Shown piece by piece: positions 17,171 to 27,343 of a DNA stretch of 44,440 bases. Source of the DNA: a virus (lineage: Duplodnaviria; Caudoviricetes); the IMG/VR virus record IMGVR_UViG_3300030118_002182, positions 1 to 44,440 of that record; one strand, 5' to 3'. Each line of letters begins with the position of its first letter. Position 1 is the first letter of the stretch. The position numbers and the translations under genes are program-made. The notes beneath the pieces were generated by a model. The model saw only the letters and a program-made list of their open reading frames with translations. It searched no databases and was not told the DNA's origin.

Positions 17171-17281
17171 TGACAACCTCAAAAGAGGTCTTTTAAGATA
17201 AGGTAATATCTTTGTTTTTCCAAGAACTATTTTCTACTTTTGAAAAAAAGATGAGTTTTTGAGACTTTATGAAGATATTTA

Positions 17282-17311
17282 TTGTAAACAGTCTAACAAA
17301 GATAATAACTT
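17282..17311 (+). promoter_or_regulatory. Putative sigma70-like late promoter
   Basis: TTGTAA-N18-TAACTT upstream of first late gene. Confidence 0.4.
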
Positions 17312-17339
17312 CTATCAAACTACAGGAGACATATACACT

Positions 17340-17528
17340 ATGGATAAAAAAGTAAAAGAGAAAAAAGAACAATACCAACAACAGTTTGACAACTTGGTGC
17401 TCGAAAGAGAAAAACTTGTTGAGCAGCTAAATTTAATTCATAAAGCTATGGAACAAGCAAGAGGTGCTTATCAAGCATTAGAAGGTCTTGAAGAAGATAA
17501 ACCTAAAGATAAGAAAGAAAAAAAATAA
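17340..17528 (+). CDS. Small coiled-coil protein, 62 aa
   Basis: AGGAG RBS before ATG 17340. Confidence 0.7.
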   Translation: MDKKVKEKKEQYQQQFDNLVLEREKLVEQLNLIHKAMEQARGAYQALEGLEEDKPKDKKEKK

Positions 17529-17746
17529 TGGAACTCGTAGAAGGCATAAGGCATATGAAGTTCTTAGTTAAAAGGCTTCGAGATGCTGAAGTGTTTTCTG
17601 AGGACCCAGTGGTTCTTGAAAGGTTAATTGATTTATTTCAAACTATTGAATTAATTGATTTGCCAGAAAAGATAGACCCAACAAATATGTTTGAAGAACA
17701 AATAACAAGTTTGCTTACTGAAGATGGTAAAAAAGTTAAAGCTTAA
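17528..17746 (+). CDS. Hypothetical protein
   Basis: TAATG coupling. Confidence 0.7.
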   Translation: MELVEGIRHMKFLVKRLRDAEVFSEDPVVLERLIDLFQTIELIDLPEKIDPTNMFEEQITSLLTEDGKKVKA

Positions 17747-18497
17747 AAGAGGTATCGTATTTCCCGATGTGCATTTTCCTTTGCACGATGAAAAGGCATT
17801 GTCCTGTGCTTTACAAGCAATAGGTATAGTCAAGCCAGATATTTATATCAACATTGGAGATGTGGGAGAGTGGCACAACTTTTCAGCTTGGAAGTATAAG
17901 GGTAAGAAACTTCCTTCACTTGAATATCAAATACCTTATTGTGAGCAAGATATTGCTGATGTCAATGAGGGTTTAGATATGATAGACTCTGTTTTGGACA
18001 AACATAAAGTCAAAGAAAGATATATGTTGCAGGGTAATCATGAAATATGGCTAGATAATTTTGTAGAAAAATATCCCTATATGAGTGACTACACATTTCC
18101 AATAGCTTGTAGACTCAAAGAAAGAGGATACAAGTATTACGAATATAATGTTCCATTAAAGATTGGTAAGCTAAACTTTATACACGGAACATATGCAACA
18201 ACCTATCACGCCAAAAAACACCTCGAGACATATGGAGCCAATATTATGTACGGACATACTCACGATATTCAACGACATACTTTAACTAAGTTAGATGCAG
18301 GAACGATTGGAGCTTGGGGGATTGGATGTCTTAAAGATATGTCTCGAGAAAAAAACAAATGGCTGCGAGGCAGACTACATAACTGGAACCACTCATTTAG
18401 TATTGTAACTTGGTTTCCAAATGGCAACTTCCAAGTCGAAGTCATTGAGATTGTAAATGGCAAGTGTATGGTTTGGGGTAACTTGATAAGTGGTTGA
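17724..18497 (+). CDS. Calcineurin-like metallophosphoesterase
   Basis: DVH, GD, GNHE, HG, GHTH motifs. Confidence 0.9.
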   Translation: MVKKLKLKRGIVFPDVHFPLHDEKALSCALQAIGIVKPDIYINIGDVGEWHNFSAWKYKGKKLPSLEYQIPYCEQDIADVNEGLDMIDSVLDKHKVKERYMLQGNHEIWLDNFVEKYPYMSDYTFPIACRLKERGYKYYEYNVPLKIGKLNFIHGTYATTYHAKKHLETYGANIMYGHTHDIQRHTLTKLDAGTIGAWGIGCLKDMSREKNKWLRGRLHNWNHSFSIVTWFPNGNFQVEVIEIVNGKCMVWGNLISG

Positions 18498-19228
18498 TGC
18501 ACAAAAGAATTATCAAGGGAATACCAAGATACGTTTTCGATAACGAAGAAGAGTTCAGAGAATCTTTTCCAGATGCAAAGCTTATAGAGAACTGGAGAGA
18601 TGGACAAATAAATGATTGGGTATTGACTGATGATGGTAAAGTCACACAAGTATTGAAAAAAAAGACAATGAAAAATACATCCATCAAAAGTATGGATGAT
18701 TACTTTGTTACTTTACTTGGTCCTTGTTTTGCTTCTGGTAAAATGCAAGGACAACCAAAAAAAGATTTTAACTCTTTCAAGAAAAGAGATATAGAAGAAA
18801 AGCCTTTGACTTGGAGAGAGATACGCTTTGTAAAAATGATTGCACACGGTGAAGCTCCCATACAGGCATATTTAGAATGTTTTGAAACTAATAATAAAAA
18901 TACAGCATCTGTTAAATCATCATTGCTGTTAAAACAAACAAGGATTTTAGAAGAAGTGGAAAAAGAAATAGAAGAACTACTGAATGATATTGGTGTAGAT
19001 AAAAAATGGACTTTAGAAAAAGCCAGAGATATTGTAGACAATCCAGATACATCTGACGCTGTAAAGCTTAGAGCATTAGAAAACTTTATGAAGATACAAA
19101 GTATGTATCCAAAAGAAAAGAAATCAGAACAGTTATTACTTGGTCAAGCTTTTACTGGGTTTAGTAAAGAAGAAATATTACAACTTAGTGGAGTGAAACA
19201 AATTGAAAGTGGAGAACAAGAAGATTAA
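18497..19228 (+). CDS. terS: Terminase small subunit (putative)
   Basis: HTH-like AYLECF...ASVKSSLLLK, D..KLRALE; directly upstream of TerL. Confidence 0.7.
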   Translation: MHKRIIKGIPRYVFDNEEEFRESFPDAKLIENWRDGQINDWVLTDDGKVTQVLKKKTMKNTSIKSMDDYFVTLLGPCFASGKMQGQPKKDFNSFKKRDIEEKPLTWREIRFVKMIAHGEAPIQAYLECFETNNKNTASVKSSLLLKQTRILEEVEKEIEELLNDIGVDKKWTLEKARDIVDNPDTSDAVKLRALENFMKIQSMYPKEKKSEQLLLGQAFTGFSKEEILQLSGVKQIESGEQED

Positions 19229-20807
19229 TATTATCCCATCTGCTTCAGAAATGTCTGAAAGAGAGGAAGTATTAGCAAAAGCTTACAATGACTTAATATT
19301 TTTTGGTCGTGTCTTCTTGCCACAAGACTTCTTACACAAATCAGAAAGCCCTCAGTTCCATCACGACCTTGCTAAAAAACTTATACAACACAAACCAGGA
19401 GCACGTATTTGTAATGTGATACCTCGTGGTATGGGTAAAAGTATATTATCTAAAGCTGCTATTATGCACAAATTTTTATTTGCAGAAACAGATAAACAAA
19501 ACTTTGTAGCTTGGGTGTCAGAAGAAGGTGGACAATCAATAGACCATCTCAAATATATACGATACCACTTTGAAGAAAATGAAATGATACGTTATTACTT
19601 TGGTAATATGGATGGTGGTTCAGTAGGAAAGAGATGGACTGAAAAAGATATTGTTACACCAAAGGGAGATAGAATCATAGCCAAAGGTTCCGCACAAAGA
19701 CTTCGTGGTAGAGCAGAAGTTGGTGTGAGATATACTGGTATAATTCTTGATGACTTTGAATCAGAGCTAAACACTAAAACTCCAGATAGAAGGGCAGAGC
19801 TAAAGAAATGGATTGTATCTACTGTGTTTCCATCACTTGAAGAAACACCAGGTAATGAAGGTTGGATATGGTTGACTGGAACGATTGTTCACTACGACTC
19901 TTTTTTGCAAAACATAGTAGACGGATACAAAGAAGCCAAGAACAATAACAGAGACTACCCTTGGGACCTTACGTTTCATAGAGCCATTGAAGATGGTAAG
20001 CCGTTATGGAAAGACCAGTTTCCTTTATCTAAGTTAGAAAACAAAAGAAAAGAATTTATTGAAGCAGGGTTGGTAAATAAGTTTGCTCAAGAGTATATGA
20101 ACGATGCAAGAGATTCTGCATCAGCTGCATTTAAAGTAGACAGGTTGCAATATTATAATCATAAGTTTGAAGTAAGGGATAGGTTTTGTTATTTAGTAGG
20201 CAATGATGAAGCTATACCAATCAATGTTTATATTGGCGTAGACTTGGCAGCTACTGCAAGTAGTACATCAGACTACCAAGTAATTATGGTTATGGGTATA
20301 GATGCAAACAAAAATAGATACATATTAGAATACTTTAGAGAAAAAATACCAGCTTTTGATATGGCAGAACAAATAGTTGAGATGGCAAGAAAGTATAGCC
20401 CTGTTAGAAGAGTGAGTATAGAAACAGTTGCCGCACAAGAAATGGTAAGAGATATGACAAGCAGAATATCTGTAGCAGATAAAAGGCTTGTGCCTGGAAT
20501 ATTTAAAGGAGTCAAACCTCCTTACGGTATAAAGAAAGCAGATAGGCTTGAAACAACTTTGGGACCAATAGTAAATTCAAAAAAACTTTACATAAAAAAA
20601 CATATGACTGAAATAGTAGACGAGTTCTTTGAGCATCCAAAACCTAAAAATGATGACCTTATGGATGCCTTGTATTACGCAGATTACTTTGCAAAAGCAC
20701 CAAGCAGCACAGTGATAGATGCCAAAAACTTTAAAGATAAGATAGAAAAACAAGTAAACATTAAGAAAAATAAGGTTTATAACTGGATAACAGGTAGTAT
20801 TGACTGA
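19203..20807 (+). CDS. terL: Terminase large subunit
   Basis: PRGMGKS Walker A, IILDDFE Walker B, IGVDLA and DDLMDAL nuclease motifs. Confidence 0.95.
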   Translation: MKVENKKINIIPSASEMSEREEVLAKAYNDLIFFGRVFLPQDFLHKSESPQFHHDLAKKLIQHKPGARICNVIPRGMGKSILSKAAIMHKFLFAETDKQNFVAWVSEEGGQSIDHLKYIRYHFEENEMIRYYFGNMDGGSVGKRWTEKDIVTPKGDRIIAKGSAQRLRGRAEVGVRYTGIILDDFESELNTKTPDRRAELKKWIVSTVFPSLEETPGNEGWIWLTGTIVHYDSFLQNIVDGYKEAKNNNRDYPWDLTFHRAIEDGKPLWKDQFPLSKLENKRKEFIEAGLVNKFAQEYMNDARDSASAAFKVDRLQYYNHKFEVRDRFCYLVGNDEAIPINVYIGVDLAATASSTSDYQVIMVMGIDANKNRYILEYFREKIPAFDMAEQIVEMARKYSPVRRVSIETVAAQEMVRDMTSRISVADKRLVPGIFKGVKPPYGIKKADRLETTLGPIVNSKKLYIKKHMTEIVDEFFEHPKPKNDDLMDALYYADYFAKAPSSTVIDAKNFKDKIEKQVNIKKNKVYNWITGSID

Positions 20808-20811
20808 TAGT

Positions 20812-20849
20812 TCTTGCAGCAACTTTACCAAAATTTGTAAATTTCAGAC
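20812..20849 (+). promoter_or_regulatory. Putative late promoter before portal
   Basis: TTGCAG-N18-TAAATT; matches 42327-42364. Confidence 0.55.
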
Positions 20850-20881
20850 GATAAACTACATATTTTTCTAGGGATACATAT

Positions 20882-22915
20882 ATGGAATATGACAAAAGAG
20901 CATTAACTAACCGAGAATTGTTTGATAGATATAAGAATGACAGAACAGCTTGGGAGGTAGATGCAAGACAAGATTTAGATTTTTATTTAGGTAATCACTT
21001 TACTGAAATAGAGTCACACGAATTATCATCTAGAAATCAAGCTGATGTTCCAATGGATAGAATATCACCTGCTGTTGAAAGACTGAAAAGTATGCTAACA
21101 GCTAGACCACCAGCTTTTACTGTACAGCCTAGAGAAGATTCAGATACATCATTAGCCTATCTTTGGAGAGAGGTAATGGGATTTGCTTGGCAGAACTCAG
21201 AAGGAGATGCACAAGTAAAACAAGCCATACACGACTATTGTGTTGTAGGTCTTGGATTCTTATATGCGTATATCGACTATGACTCTGATTTTGGTAAAGG
21301 AGATGTTAAGTTTTCTTACCTAGACCCTTTCAGAGTTTATGTTCCAGCTTCATCCAGAGATAGATTTTTTTCAGATGCAGACAATATTATTTTGTCTACA
21401 GTATTAACAGAGACACAAGTTTTAAATTTATATCCTGAGCTAGGTTCATCAGTAGACCCTGAAACAGGAGAGGAGATAGACCCACTAATAGATAGAATTT
21501 CCACATACTCTAATGATTCAGACTACCCAGATAGTATAAATAAAAACTCTTTAAACACATATACACCAGACACAGTAAAAGGTTATACAGAACAAAACTA
21601 TAAACAGTTTCAAATATTAGAAAGGTTTACAAAAGTCAAGGTTCCTTACTATAGATTATTGGATAATGCTAATGGTAAAGAGTTTATAGTAGACGAAGCA
21701 GACTTTAGAATATTTCTTGAACAAAACAAAAAATTAGTAGAGAGTGGTAGTGTTGATATTGTTCAGGTTTATCAAAACAGAATCAAAGTAATTGCAAGTA
21801 TAGGTGAGGTAGTGTTGTATGAAACAATCTTAAATACAGATGTTTACCCTATAGTACCTATAGCAAACGTTTGGACTCAAACCCCTTATCCTCGTTCTGA
21901 TGTCTCCAGAGCAAGACCAATGCAACGTTTGTTAAACAAGCTATGGTCATTAGCACTATCTCACGCACAAGCGTCAGCTGGACTGAAGTTGATGGTTCCA
22001 ATAGGTAGTGTAGAAAACCTATCACAACTTGAAAAAGATTGGGCAAATCCTAATGCGGTTATAGAAGTTGATTCATCACAGGGTGAGCCACACTATCCAG
22101 CACCACAACCTTTAACAGGTGAGTTTTATAGATTGATACAGCAGTGTGAATTTTATATAAACTTTATTTTTGGTATTCCAGAAATTATGCAAGGGGTTGG
22201 AGAGCAGCCAGATACTGCAAGAGGCACAGAAAGAATTATTGCTTTAGGAAGTGAAAGACCTAAATCAAAACTAAGAGATGTAGAGTTTAGCATAAAAAGG
22301 CTTGGAAAAGTAATGTACAACTATGCTAAAACACATTACGATGTACCAAAACTTATGCGTTTGGTACAACCGAATAATGATATTACAGAACAAATGGCTC
22401 AAATATACTCTGATAAAACGAGAGTCGTGTTTGATTTAAAGAAAGATAAACACAATTTAGAACAGCACGATGTAGGTATTGAGTCAGGCTCTACATTACC
22501 TACAAGCAAATATGCAGAGTTAGCTGTGTATATGGAAGCATTCCAGATGGGACTAGTAGACCAAGTAGAAGTATTAAAGAAAAACCCAGACATCTTTGAT
22601 AAAGAAGGTATTTTAACTCGTATGAATCAAAGACAAGCAATGGAGCAGCAAATGGCTAGTATGTCAGAAACAATTAAAGATTTACAGGGAGACCTGCAAA
22701 CGGCTACAAGAGAATCTATATCAGATAGAAAACGAACTGAAGTTGAGAAATTTAAGACTCGTTTACGTGATATAGAGGCTAACGCCACTGCCGATAGGCG
22801 TATAAGTAAAAACAAACTAAACGATAAGGTGTTGCTAGAACTCGAGAAATTACGTGGAGAACTGAAAGTCGTAGAGGCTGAAGTCAAACGTGGTTCTGCT
22901 CAAGCAGAGGACTAG
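20882..22915 (+). CDS. Portal protein (P22-like, C-terminal coiled coil)
   Basis: DLDFYLGNHF...PREDSD...QRLLNK; follows TerL. Confidence 0.9.
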   Translation: MEYDKRALTNRELFDRYKNDRTAWEVDARQDLDFYLGNHFTEIESHELSSRNQADVPMDRISPAVERLKSMLTARPPAFTVQPREDSDTSLAYLWREVMGFAWQNSEGDAQVKQAIHDYCVVGLGFLYAYIDYDSDFGKGDVKFSYLDPFRVYVPASSRDRFFSDADNIILSTVLTETQVLNLYPELGSSVDPETGEEIDPLIDRISTYSNDSDYPDSINKNSLNTYTPDTVKGYTEQNYKQFQILERFTKVKVPYYRLLDNANGKEFIVDEADFRIFLEQNKKLVESGSVDIVQVYQNRIKVIASIGEVVLYETILNTDVYPIVPIANVWTQTPYPRSDVSRARPMQRLLNKLWSLALSHAQASAGLKLMVPIGSVENLSQLEKDWANPNAVIEVDSSQGEPHYPAPQPLTGEFYRLIQQCEFYINFIFGIPEIMQGVGEQPDTARGTERIIALGSERPKSKLRDVEFSIKRLGKVMYNYAKTHYDVPKLMRLVQPNNDITEQMAQIYSDKTRVVFDLKKDKHNLEQHDVGIESGSTLPTSKYAELAVYMEAFQMGLVDQVEVLKKNPDIFDKEGILTRMNQRQAMEQQMASMSETIKDLQGDLQTATRESISDRKRTEVEKFKTRLRDIEANATADRRISKNKLNDKVLLELEKLRGELKVVEAEVKRGSAQAED

Positions 22916-22932
22916 ACATCAAAGGAGTAAAT

Positions 22933-23673
22933 ATGAGTAATGAAACATCAACAACCGATACTCAAGCTGTAGAATCTATGGATACGGTTCAAGCTGGGTC
23001 TCAACAAGAAGGTACTTTAGAAGGACAAGAAGCAATGGATTGGCAAAAAGAAGCAAAGAAGTTTCAGTCTATGTATGACAAAGCTGAAGCAGAAAAAAAG
23101 CATATGGACCAATACAAACCGCTTGTGAACTTACTAGAGCAGAGACCTGACCTTGTAGAGACTTTAAGAGATAGTATTGTCGGTAAGAATGGTGAGGATA
23201 AAAAAACTGAAGCATTACAGTTAAAAGATGACGAGTTCAATCCGTGGGATGCGTACAATAAACCTGGCTCTCCATCATACGAATTTCGTGTGAAAGAGGA
23301 AGAAGCTAGAATTAATAATGCGGTAAATAGTGCTATTAGAGGGCAGGAACAAAAGCAGTTTATTTCAAATACAATGAATAAACTAGAAAGTGATTTTGGT
23401 ATGAATAAAGACGAAGTGCAGGAATTTATGCGTTTTGCTCAACAACCAAAAGATAATGTTCCTCTTGATAATTTGGTTAAGCTTTTTAAAATGAATAAAG
23501 GTGAATACAAAGAACCTGTTATTCAAAAGCCTGACACAAGTAATCAAGCCCGTACAGCAGGAGTTTTGCAAGGTGGAAGTGTTCCAACTAAATCTGAACA
23601 AGATGGAATGTGGGACCAAATCCTAAATGCAGCAAATGCTGGTAGCATTAGTAGAGGAATAAAACGTAAATAA
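22933..23673 (+). CDS. Scaffolding protein (putative)
   Basis: Acidic helical protein between portal and capsid. Confidence 0.7.
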   Translation: MSNETSTTDTQAVESMDTVQAGSQQEGTLEGQEAMDWQKEAKKFQSMYDKAEAEKKHMDQYKPLVNLLEQRPDLVETLRDSIVGKNGEDKKTEALQLKDDEFNPWDAYNKPGSPSYEFRVKEEEARINNAVNSAIRGQEQKQFISNTMNKLESDFGMNKDEVQEFMRFAQQPKDNVPLDNLVKLFKMNKGEYKEPVIQKPDTSNQARTAGVLQGGSVPTKSEQDGMWDQILNAANAGSISRGIKRK

Positions 23674-23686
23674 CTAGGAGAATAAA

Positions 23687-25054
23687 ATGGCAATAAGCGG
23701 ACAAATAAAACAAACAGACTTGACTGCTGCTACTACAGCTGCCGATTATGGAGTTGCTCCAGATAGAAGAAGACTATATAACTTTTCTGATAGGATTGCT
23801 GAATTAGCACCTGAAGAAAGTCCATTCTTCGTCTACTTGAGTCAAACTGCTAAACTTCCTACTGATGATTCATTGTTCCGTTATCTTGAAGATAGAACAA
23901 AAATTAATTATACAAGTAGAGAGTTCCTTTTAAAAGGTAATCATGATGGTAGTGCAACACAAGCTGCTGGTGATACAGTATCATTTACTGTAGATACACC
24001 AGATGGTGCTGCTGTGGACTTTCTTGTTAAAGGTATGGTATTTGCTGTAAGAACTATGGGCGATAGTGCTGACGATGCTGTATATGCGAACATCGTATGT
24101 AGAGTAGAAGATGCACCACTTCAGAACGCAAGTGACACCACCTTTACAGGTAAAGTAATATCTGTTTCTTCAACTGCAACCAATGCAAACAAACTTTTAG
24201 ACAATAAAAGAGCACAAATCATTGGTACTGCATATGGAGAAGGTACAGGTTCACCAGACGTATTCTCAGATAGCTTAGAAGATAATTATGGTTATACCCA
24301 GATTTTCAAAACAGCAGCTGAGATTACAAACACAGCGTATGCTACACAACTACGTGGAGTATCAAACGAGTTCGAGAGAGTGTTAGCTCAAAAAATGAGA
24401 GAGCACAAAATCGACATTGAAAGAGCTATGCTCTTCAACCAAAAAGCAAGAGTTGGTGACATTCAGTACACTGAAGGTCTTGTTGGACATATCATCAAAA
24501 ACAGCTCCGTTGTAGGCGGAACAGATAACTTATCATACGTTTCTGGTAAAGGTTATTTCAGAACAGCTAAAGCAGCTGAATTGACATATGACAGATTACT
24601 AAGTGACTTTGAAGTTCTGTTCGACCCAGCAAGAGGGGGTTCAAATGAAAGATTAGCATTAGCTTCTCTTCCAGTGATTTCCTTCTTCAACAAAATGGGA
24701 GATGGTTTCTTTGCTGATAATTCAACAGCATCAACTCAATATCAAATCAATATGGATGAACTATCAGGACAGTTTGGTCACCAGTTAATGGAAATCAATA
24801 CAGTTCACGGTTCTATGTTTATGGTTAAAGAACCATTATTCAGAGGACATTCATCTGGATTAATGATGTTAGCTGATATGAGTAAACTATACTACAGACC
24901 ACTTGTTGGTAATGGTATTAACAGAGATACACAAGTTATGACAAATGTACAAGGTGCAGATGAGGACTTAAGAAAAGATATGATTCTTACAGAAGCAGGT
25001 CTTGAAGTATGTCTTCCTGAATCACATTACTTAATTAACTTGGAAGGAGTATAA
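23687..25054 (+). CDS. Major capsid protein (SU10/DUF5309-like)
   Basis: TQIFKT...REHKIDIERAMLF...EAGLEV...PESH. Confidence 0.88.
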   Translation: MAISGQIKQTDLTAATTAADYGVAPDRRRLYNFSDRIAELAPEESPFFVYLSQTAKLPTDDSLFRYLEDRTKINYTSREFLLKGNHDGSATQAAGDTVSFTVDTPDGAAVDFLVKGMVFAVRTMGDSADDAVYANIVCRVEDAPLQNASDTTFTGKVISVSSTATNANKLLDNKRAQIIGTAYGEGTGSPDVFSDSLEDNYGYTQIFKTAAEITNTAYATQLRGVSNEFERVLAQKMREHKIDIERAMLFNQKARVGDIQYTEGLVGHIIKNSSVVGGTDNLSYVSGKGYFRTAKAAELTYDRLLSDFEVLFDPARGGSNERLALASLPVISFFNKMGDGFFADNSTASTQYQINMDELSGQFGHQLMEINTVHGSMFMVKEPLFRGHSSGLMMLADMSKLYYRPLVGNGINRDTQVMTNVQGADEDLRKDMILTEAGLEVCLPESHYLINLEGV

Positions 25055-25055
25055 A

Positions 25056-25487
25056 ATGGCTAAGAGTGCATATTTAGAAGTAAATAGTGGTGTTAGTGAT
25101 TTTAAACACAAAGTAGAAGGAATCGTTGCAGCTAGAACTTTAACTGCAGCAGATTCAGGCAAGGTCTTTACAATTAGCCAAGCTTCTGCTTATAGTATCA
25201 CATTACCTACTGCAGCAGCAGCGGGTGCTGGATGGAATGCTAAATTCATTCTTACATCAGCAGCCTCTAACGCAGTGAAAGTAATCCCTAATTCAGCAGA
25301 AGATACCTTAATAGGTTTAATTGTTTCTGCAGACTCTTCAGGCGGAGAATCAGCAGAATCAGGAGTTGATGAATTAGTTTGGGCTTCTGGAGCAGCAGTT
25401 GGTGATTGGGCTGAACTCGTGTGTGATGGACAAAACTATTATGTTTTTGGAGCACAACACGATAACGACCATATGACTATATCATAA
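25056..25487 (+). CDS. Putative capsid decoration/minor structural protein
   Basis: LTAADSGKVF...ITLPTA...GDW.E..CDG beta-rich; follows capsid. Confidence 0.55.
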   Translation: MAKSAYLEVNSGVSDFKHKVEGIVAARTLTAADSGKVFTISQASAYSITLPTAAAAGAGWNAKFILTSAASNAVKVIPNSAEDTLIGLIVSADSSGGESAESGVDELVWASGAAVGDWAELVCDGQNYYVFGAQHDNDHMTIS

Positions 25488-25510
25488 CCCGAACCAATAA
25501 GGGTAACAGT

Positions 25511-25560
25511 TTTGGATACTGTGGGGTTGTTCGTATAAAGGTTCAACCCCGAAATCCAAA
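25511..25560 (+). terminator. Hairpin after capsid genes (terminator or processing site)
   Basis: GGGGTTG/CAACCCC plus TTTGGAT/ATCCAAA. Confidence 0.5.
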
Positions 25561-25587
25561 AAAATTTAAAACTAATAGGAGAATAAA

Positions 25588-25779
25588 ATGGCAAATTTTG
25601 ATACAGTGACAAAAGTTATAATCAATGATATTAGTCCAGCTGCAAGTACAGTGTCTGGTTCTTTAGCAAAAGAAATCAATGATTATATTGAAACTATAGA
25701 TGATGCAAAGCTAGTGGCTACTAACGCAGTTATGTTAGATAGAAGCAGAGTTGCATATATTATTATTACTAAAGTTTAA
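25588..25779 (+). CDS. Hypothetical protein
   Basis: AGGAG RBS. Confidence 0.75.
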   Translation: MANFDTVTKVIINDISPAASTVSGSLAKEINDYIETIDDAKLVATNAVMLDRSRVAYIIITKV

Positions 25780-26033
25780 TGGCTAATTGTCAGCATTGTA
25801 ACAAACCAAATAAAGAAGGACACTTTAATTGTCCATCGTGTGGTATGAGGGCACACCCCTCAAAGTGGAGCACTCAGTTTGTTATAAGAGAAACGCCAAT
25901 GGCAACTGCTATTAGAAAAGACCAAATAGATTTTGGCACAACTGATATGGAAAGTCATATCAAAAAAACAAAAAAGAAAAATGATGAAGAAAGAAGTAAA
26001 AAACTAGATAACCTAATATGGGGAGATAAGTAA
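25779..26033 (+). CDS. Zinc-ribbon protein
   Basis: CQHC...CPSCG. Confidence 0.7.
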   Translation: MANCQHCNKPNKEGHFNCPSCGMRAHPSKWSTQFVIRETPMATAIRKDQIDFGTTDMESHIKKTKKKNDEERSKKLDNLIWGDK

Positions 26034-26137
26034 TGTACGGAAAAGTAAAAGCATCAAAGATGAATGGCAAAAGAAGAAAAAACGCTATGGGCAAGAAAAA
26101 GAAAAAGAAAGTAATGAAGAAAAGGATTAAATATTAA
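26033..26137 (+). CDS. 34-aa Lys-rich peptide
   Basis: TAATG overlaps at both ends. Confidence 0.65.
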   Translation: MYGKVKASKMNGKRRKNAMGKKKKKKVMKKRIKY

Positions 26138-26304
26138 TGGCAAGAAAGAAAACCAAAAGAAAAAAGGGCAGTCCTACACCAAAGAATAAAGCATTGTATT
26201 CAAGAGTGAAGGCTGCAGCAAAACGTAAGTTTGATGTATATCCTTCTGCATATGCAAATGCTTGGTTAGTAAGAGAATATAAAAAACGTGGTGGTAAATA
26301 TTAA
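26137..26304 (+). CDS. 55-aa basic protein (YPSAYANAWLVREYKKRGGKY)
   Basis: TAATG overlaps at both ends. Confidence 0.75.
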   Translation: MARKKTKRKKGSPTPKNKALYSRVKAAAKRKFDVYPSAYANAWLVREYKKRGGKY

Positions 26305-26588
26305 TGGCTTACAAGGGTGGACTTAGAAAGTGGTTCAGTGAAAACTGGGTTGATATTGGTGCTCCAAAAAAAGGTGGAGGCTTCAAAAAATGTGGGAGGT
26401 CAAAACTAAAAGCGGACAAAAAAAGAAAATATCCTAAGTGTGTCCCTGCTGCTAAAGCAGCAAAGATGACTAAAGCACAGATTAGAAGTGCTGTAAGTAG
26501 AAAGAGAGCAAAGCCACAAGGAGTTGGTGGTAAGCCAACAAATGTAAGGACATTTGCTAAAAAACAAAATGGAAAGAAAAGAAGATGA
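26304..26588 (+). CDS. Basic hypothetical protein (GLRKWF.E.WVD...YPKCVP)
   Basis: Coupled ORF; motif resembles small basic proteins of aquatic phages. Confidence 0.75.
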   Translation: MAYKGGLRKWFSENWVDIGAPKKGGGFKKCGRSKLKADKKRKYPKCVPAAKAAKMTKAQIRSAVSRKRAKPQGVGGKPTNVRTFAKKQNGKKRR

Positions 26589-27343
26589 TTAGAGGAACAC
26601 TATTAGATATGATTAGAGAAAAATTCTTTAGTCCTGAAAACAGGTCTATAAATGGTGCTATAGACCAGGAAGAATACAAGAGACAAAAAGAAGTCCAGGT
26701 AAACTTTGATTTTATAAGAAAGAGTGAAGGATTTGAAACAGAAGGGTATGTTCCTAGAAGTGGTGAACAAGTATTAGATAGTTCAGGTGTAACCATAGGA
26801 ACTGGATTAGACCTTGGAACAAAGAATATGAACTACTTTAAAGATTTTGAAAATAAAGAAACATTAAAAAAAATGGAAGCATACTTTGGTATGAAAGGAC
26901 AAGCAGCTTATGATTTTGAACAGGCAAATCCATTAAGTTTATCAGAAGAAGAAACTAAAGCTTTAGATAATTTTGTAAAAGGTAGAGAGTTAGAAAGTAT
27001 TGAAAATAGTTTTCTAGCATTGACAGGTAAAGAACTTTCATCTATGCCACCAAGATTGCAAACAGTAATTGCAGATTTACAATTTCAATATGGAAGTAAT
27101 TATAATAGAACACCAAAGTTTAGAGAGATTATAAAGGATATAGCAGAAGACCCACAAGACGCAGACAGCTATATTCCTTTAATGAACGAGCTCAGAGATT
27201 TTGGTGACAAGTATGATACTAGAAGAAACAGAGAAGCAGATTTGATACAAGAGTTATATATGAATATGCTTCCACCTGCTAGTAGTTTAATTAACGAGAC
27301 GTTTCAAGATGAAATGAAAACAATGGAATATAGAGGCGAATGA
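26585..27343 (+). CDS. Pesticin-like (T4 lysozyme fold) muramidase
   Basis: VNFDFIRKSEG...GYVP...SGVTIGTGLDLG...FQYG...RRNREAD. Confidence 0.85.
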   Translation: MIRGTLLDMIREKFFSPENRSINGAIDQEEYKRQKEVQVNFDFIRKSEGFETEGYVPRSGEQVLDSSGVTIGTGLDLGTKNMNYFKDFENKETLKKMEAYFGMKGQAAYDFEQANPLSLSEEETKALDNFVKGRELESIENSFLALTGKELSSMPPRLQTVIADLQFQYGSNYNRTPKFREIIKDIAEDPQDADSYIPLMNELRDFGDKYDTRRNREADLIQELYMNMLPPASSLINETFQDEMKTMEYRGE

